DNA of 48,891 bases. Origin: Candidatus Multivoradales bacterium (lineage in GTDB: Bacteria > Acidobacteriota > Thermoanaerobaculia > Multivoradales > J023). The position numbers and the translations under genes were made by a program. The stretch's first letter is position 1; each line of letters opens with the position of its first letter. The DNA lies in assembly GCA_965248925.1 (NCBI GenBank), contig CBDFLE010000003.1, positions 1 to 48,891 on the forward strand. Reading direction: 5' to 3'. This document shows positions 48,801 through 48,891 of this stretch, in pieces. Below the pieces are notes generated by a model. The model ran no database searches. It was not told the origin of the DNA and saw only the letters and a list, made by a program, of their open reading frames with translations.

Positions 48801-48891
48801 ATGCCGAAGAAAGCCACCCTCGCGGATTTCGCCGTCCAGAAGAGAGCCACCACGGCGAGCCCTAAGCCCAAGCCTCAGCAGGTGCCGAAAG
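48801..48891 (+). CDS. N-terminal part of the ParG-like protein (continues at base 1)
   Basis: RBS AGGAG plus MPKKATLADFAVQKRATTASPKPKPQQVPK, open to the window end. Confidence 0.7.
   Translation, partial: MPKKATLADFAVQKRATTASPKPKPQQVPK

Overview
GC-rich window that reads as an essentially complete circular ~48.9 kb plasmid. The last ORF (48801-end) continues in frame into bases 1-174 if the terminal G is a 1-nt overlap. The backbone is parA, a small ParG/RHH-like gene, a putative Rep with C-terminal HTH, an iteron/AT-rich origin and a DnaB-like helicase; 8-bp CTAG-core repeat arrays precede parA, parG and rep. The accessory region holds two near-identical signal-peptide Rhs toxins in inverted orientation with different toxin tips and lipoprotein immunity genes, a Trypco1 + trypsin-NACHT/STAND-pentapeptide defence-like pair, a multidomain secreted nuclease and an ECF sigma factor. 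It also holds two complete Tn3-family transposons, a truncated copy of one of them, a non-autonomous Tn3-type mini-element with a perfect 5-bp TSD carrying only an AbiTii-domain gene, many orphan 38-bp Tn3-type ends, and a tyrosine recombinase whose 3' end is reiterated four more times. No relaxase/T4SS, rRNA, tRNA or CRISPR was seen. Family assignments rest on motif recognition by eye, not database searches.
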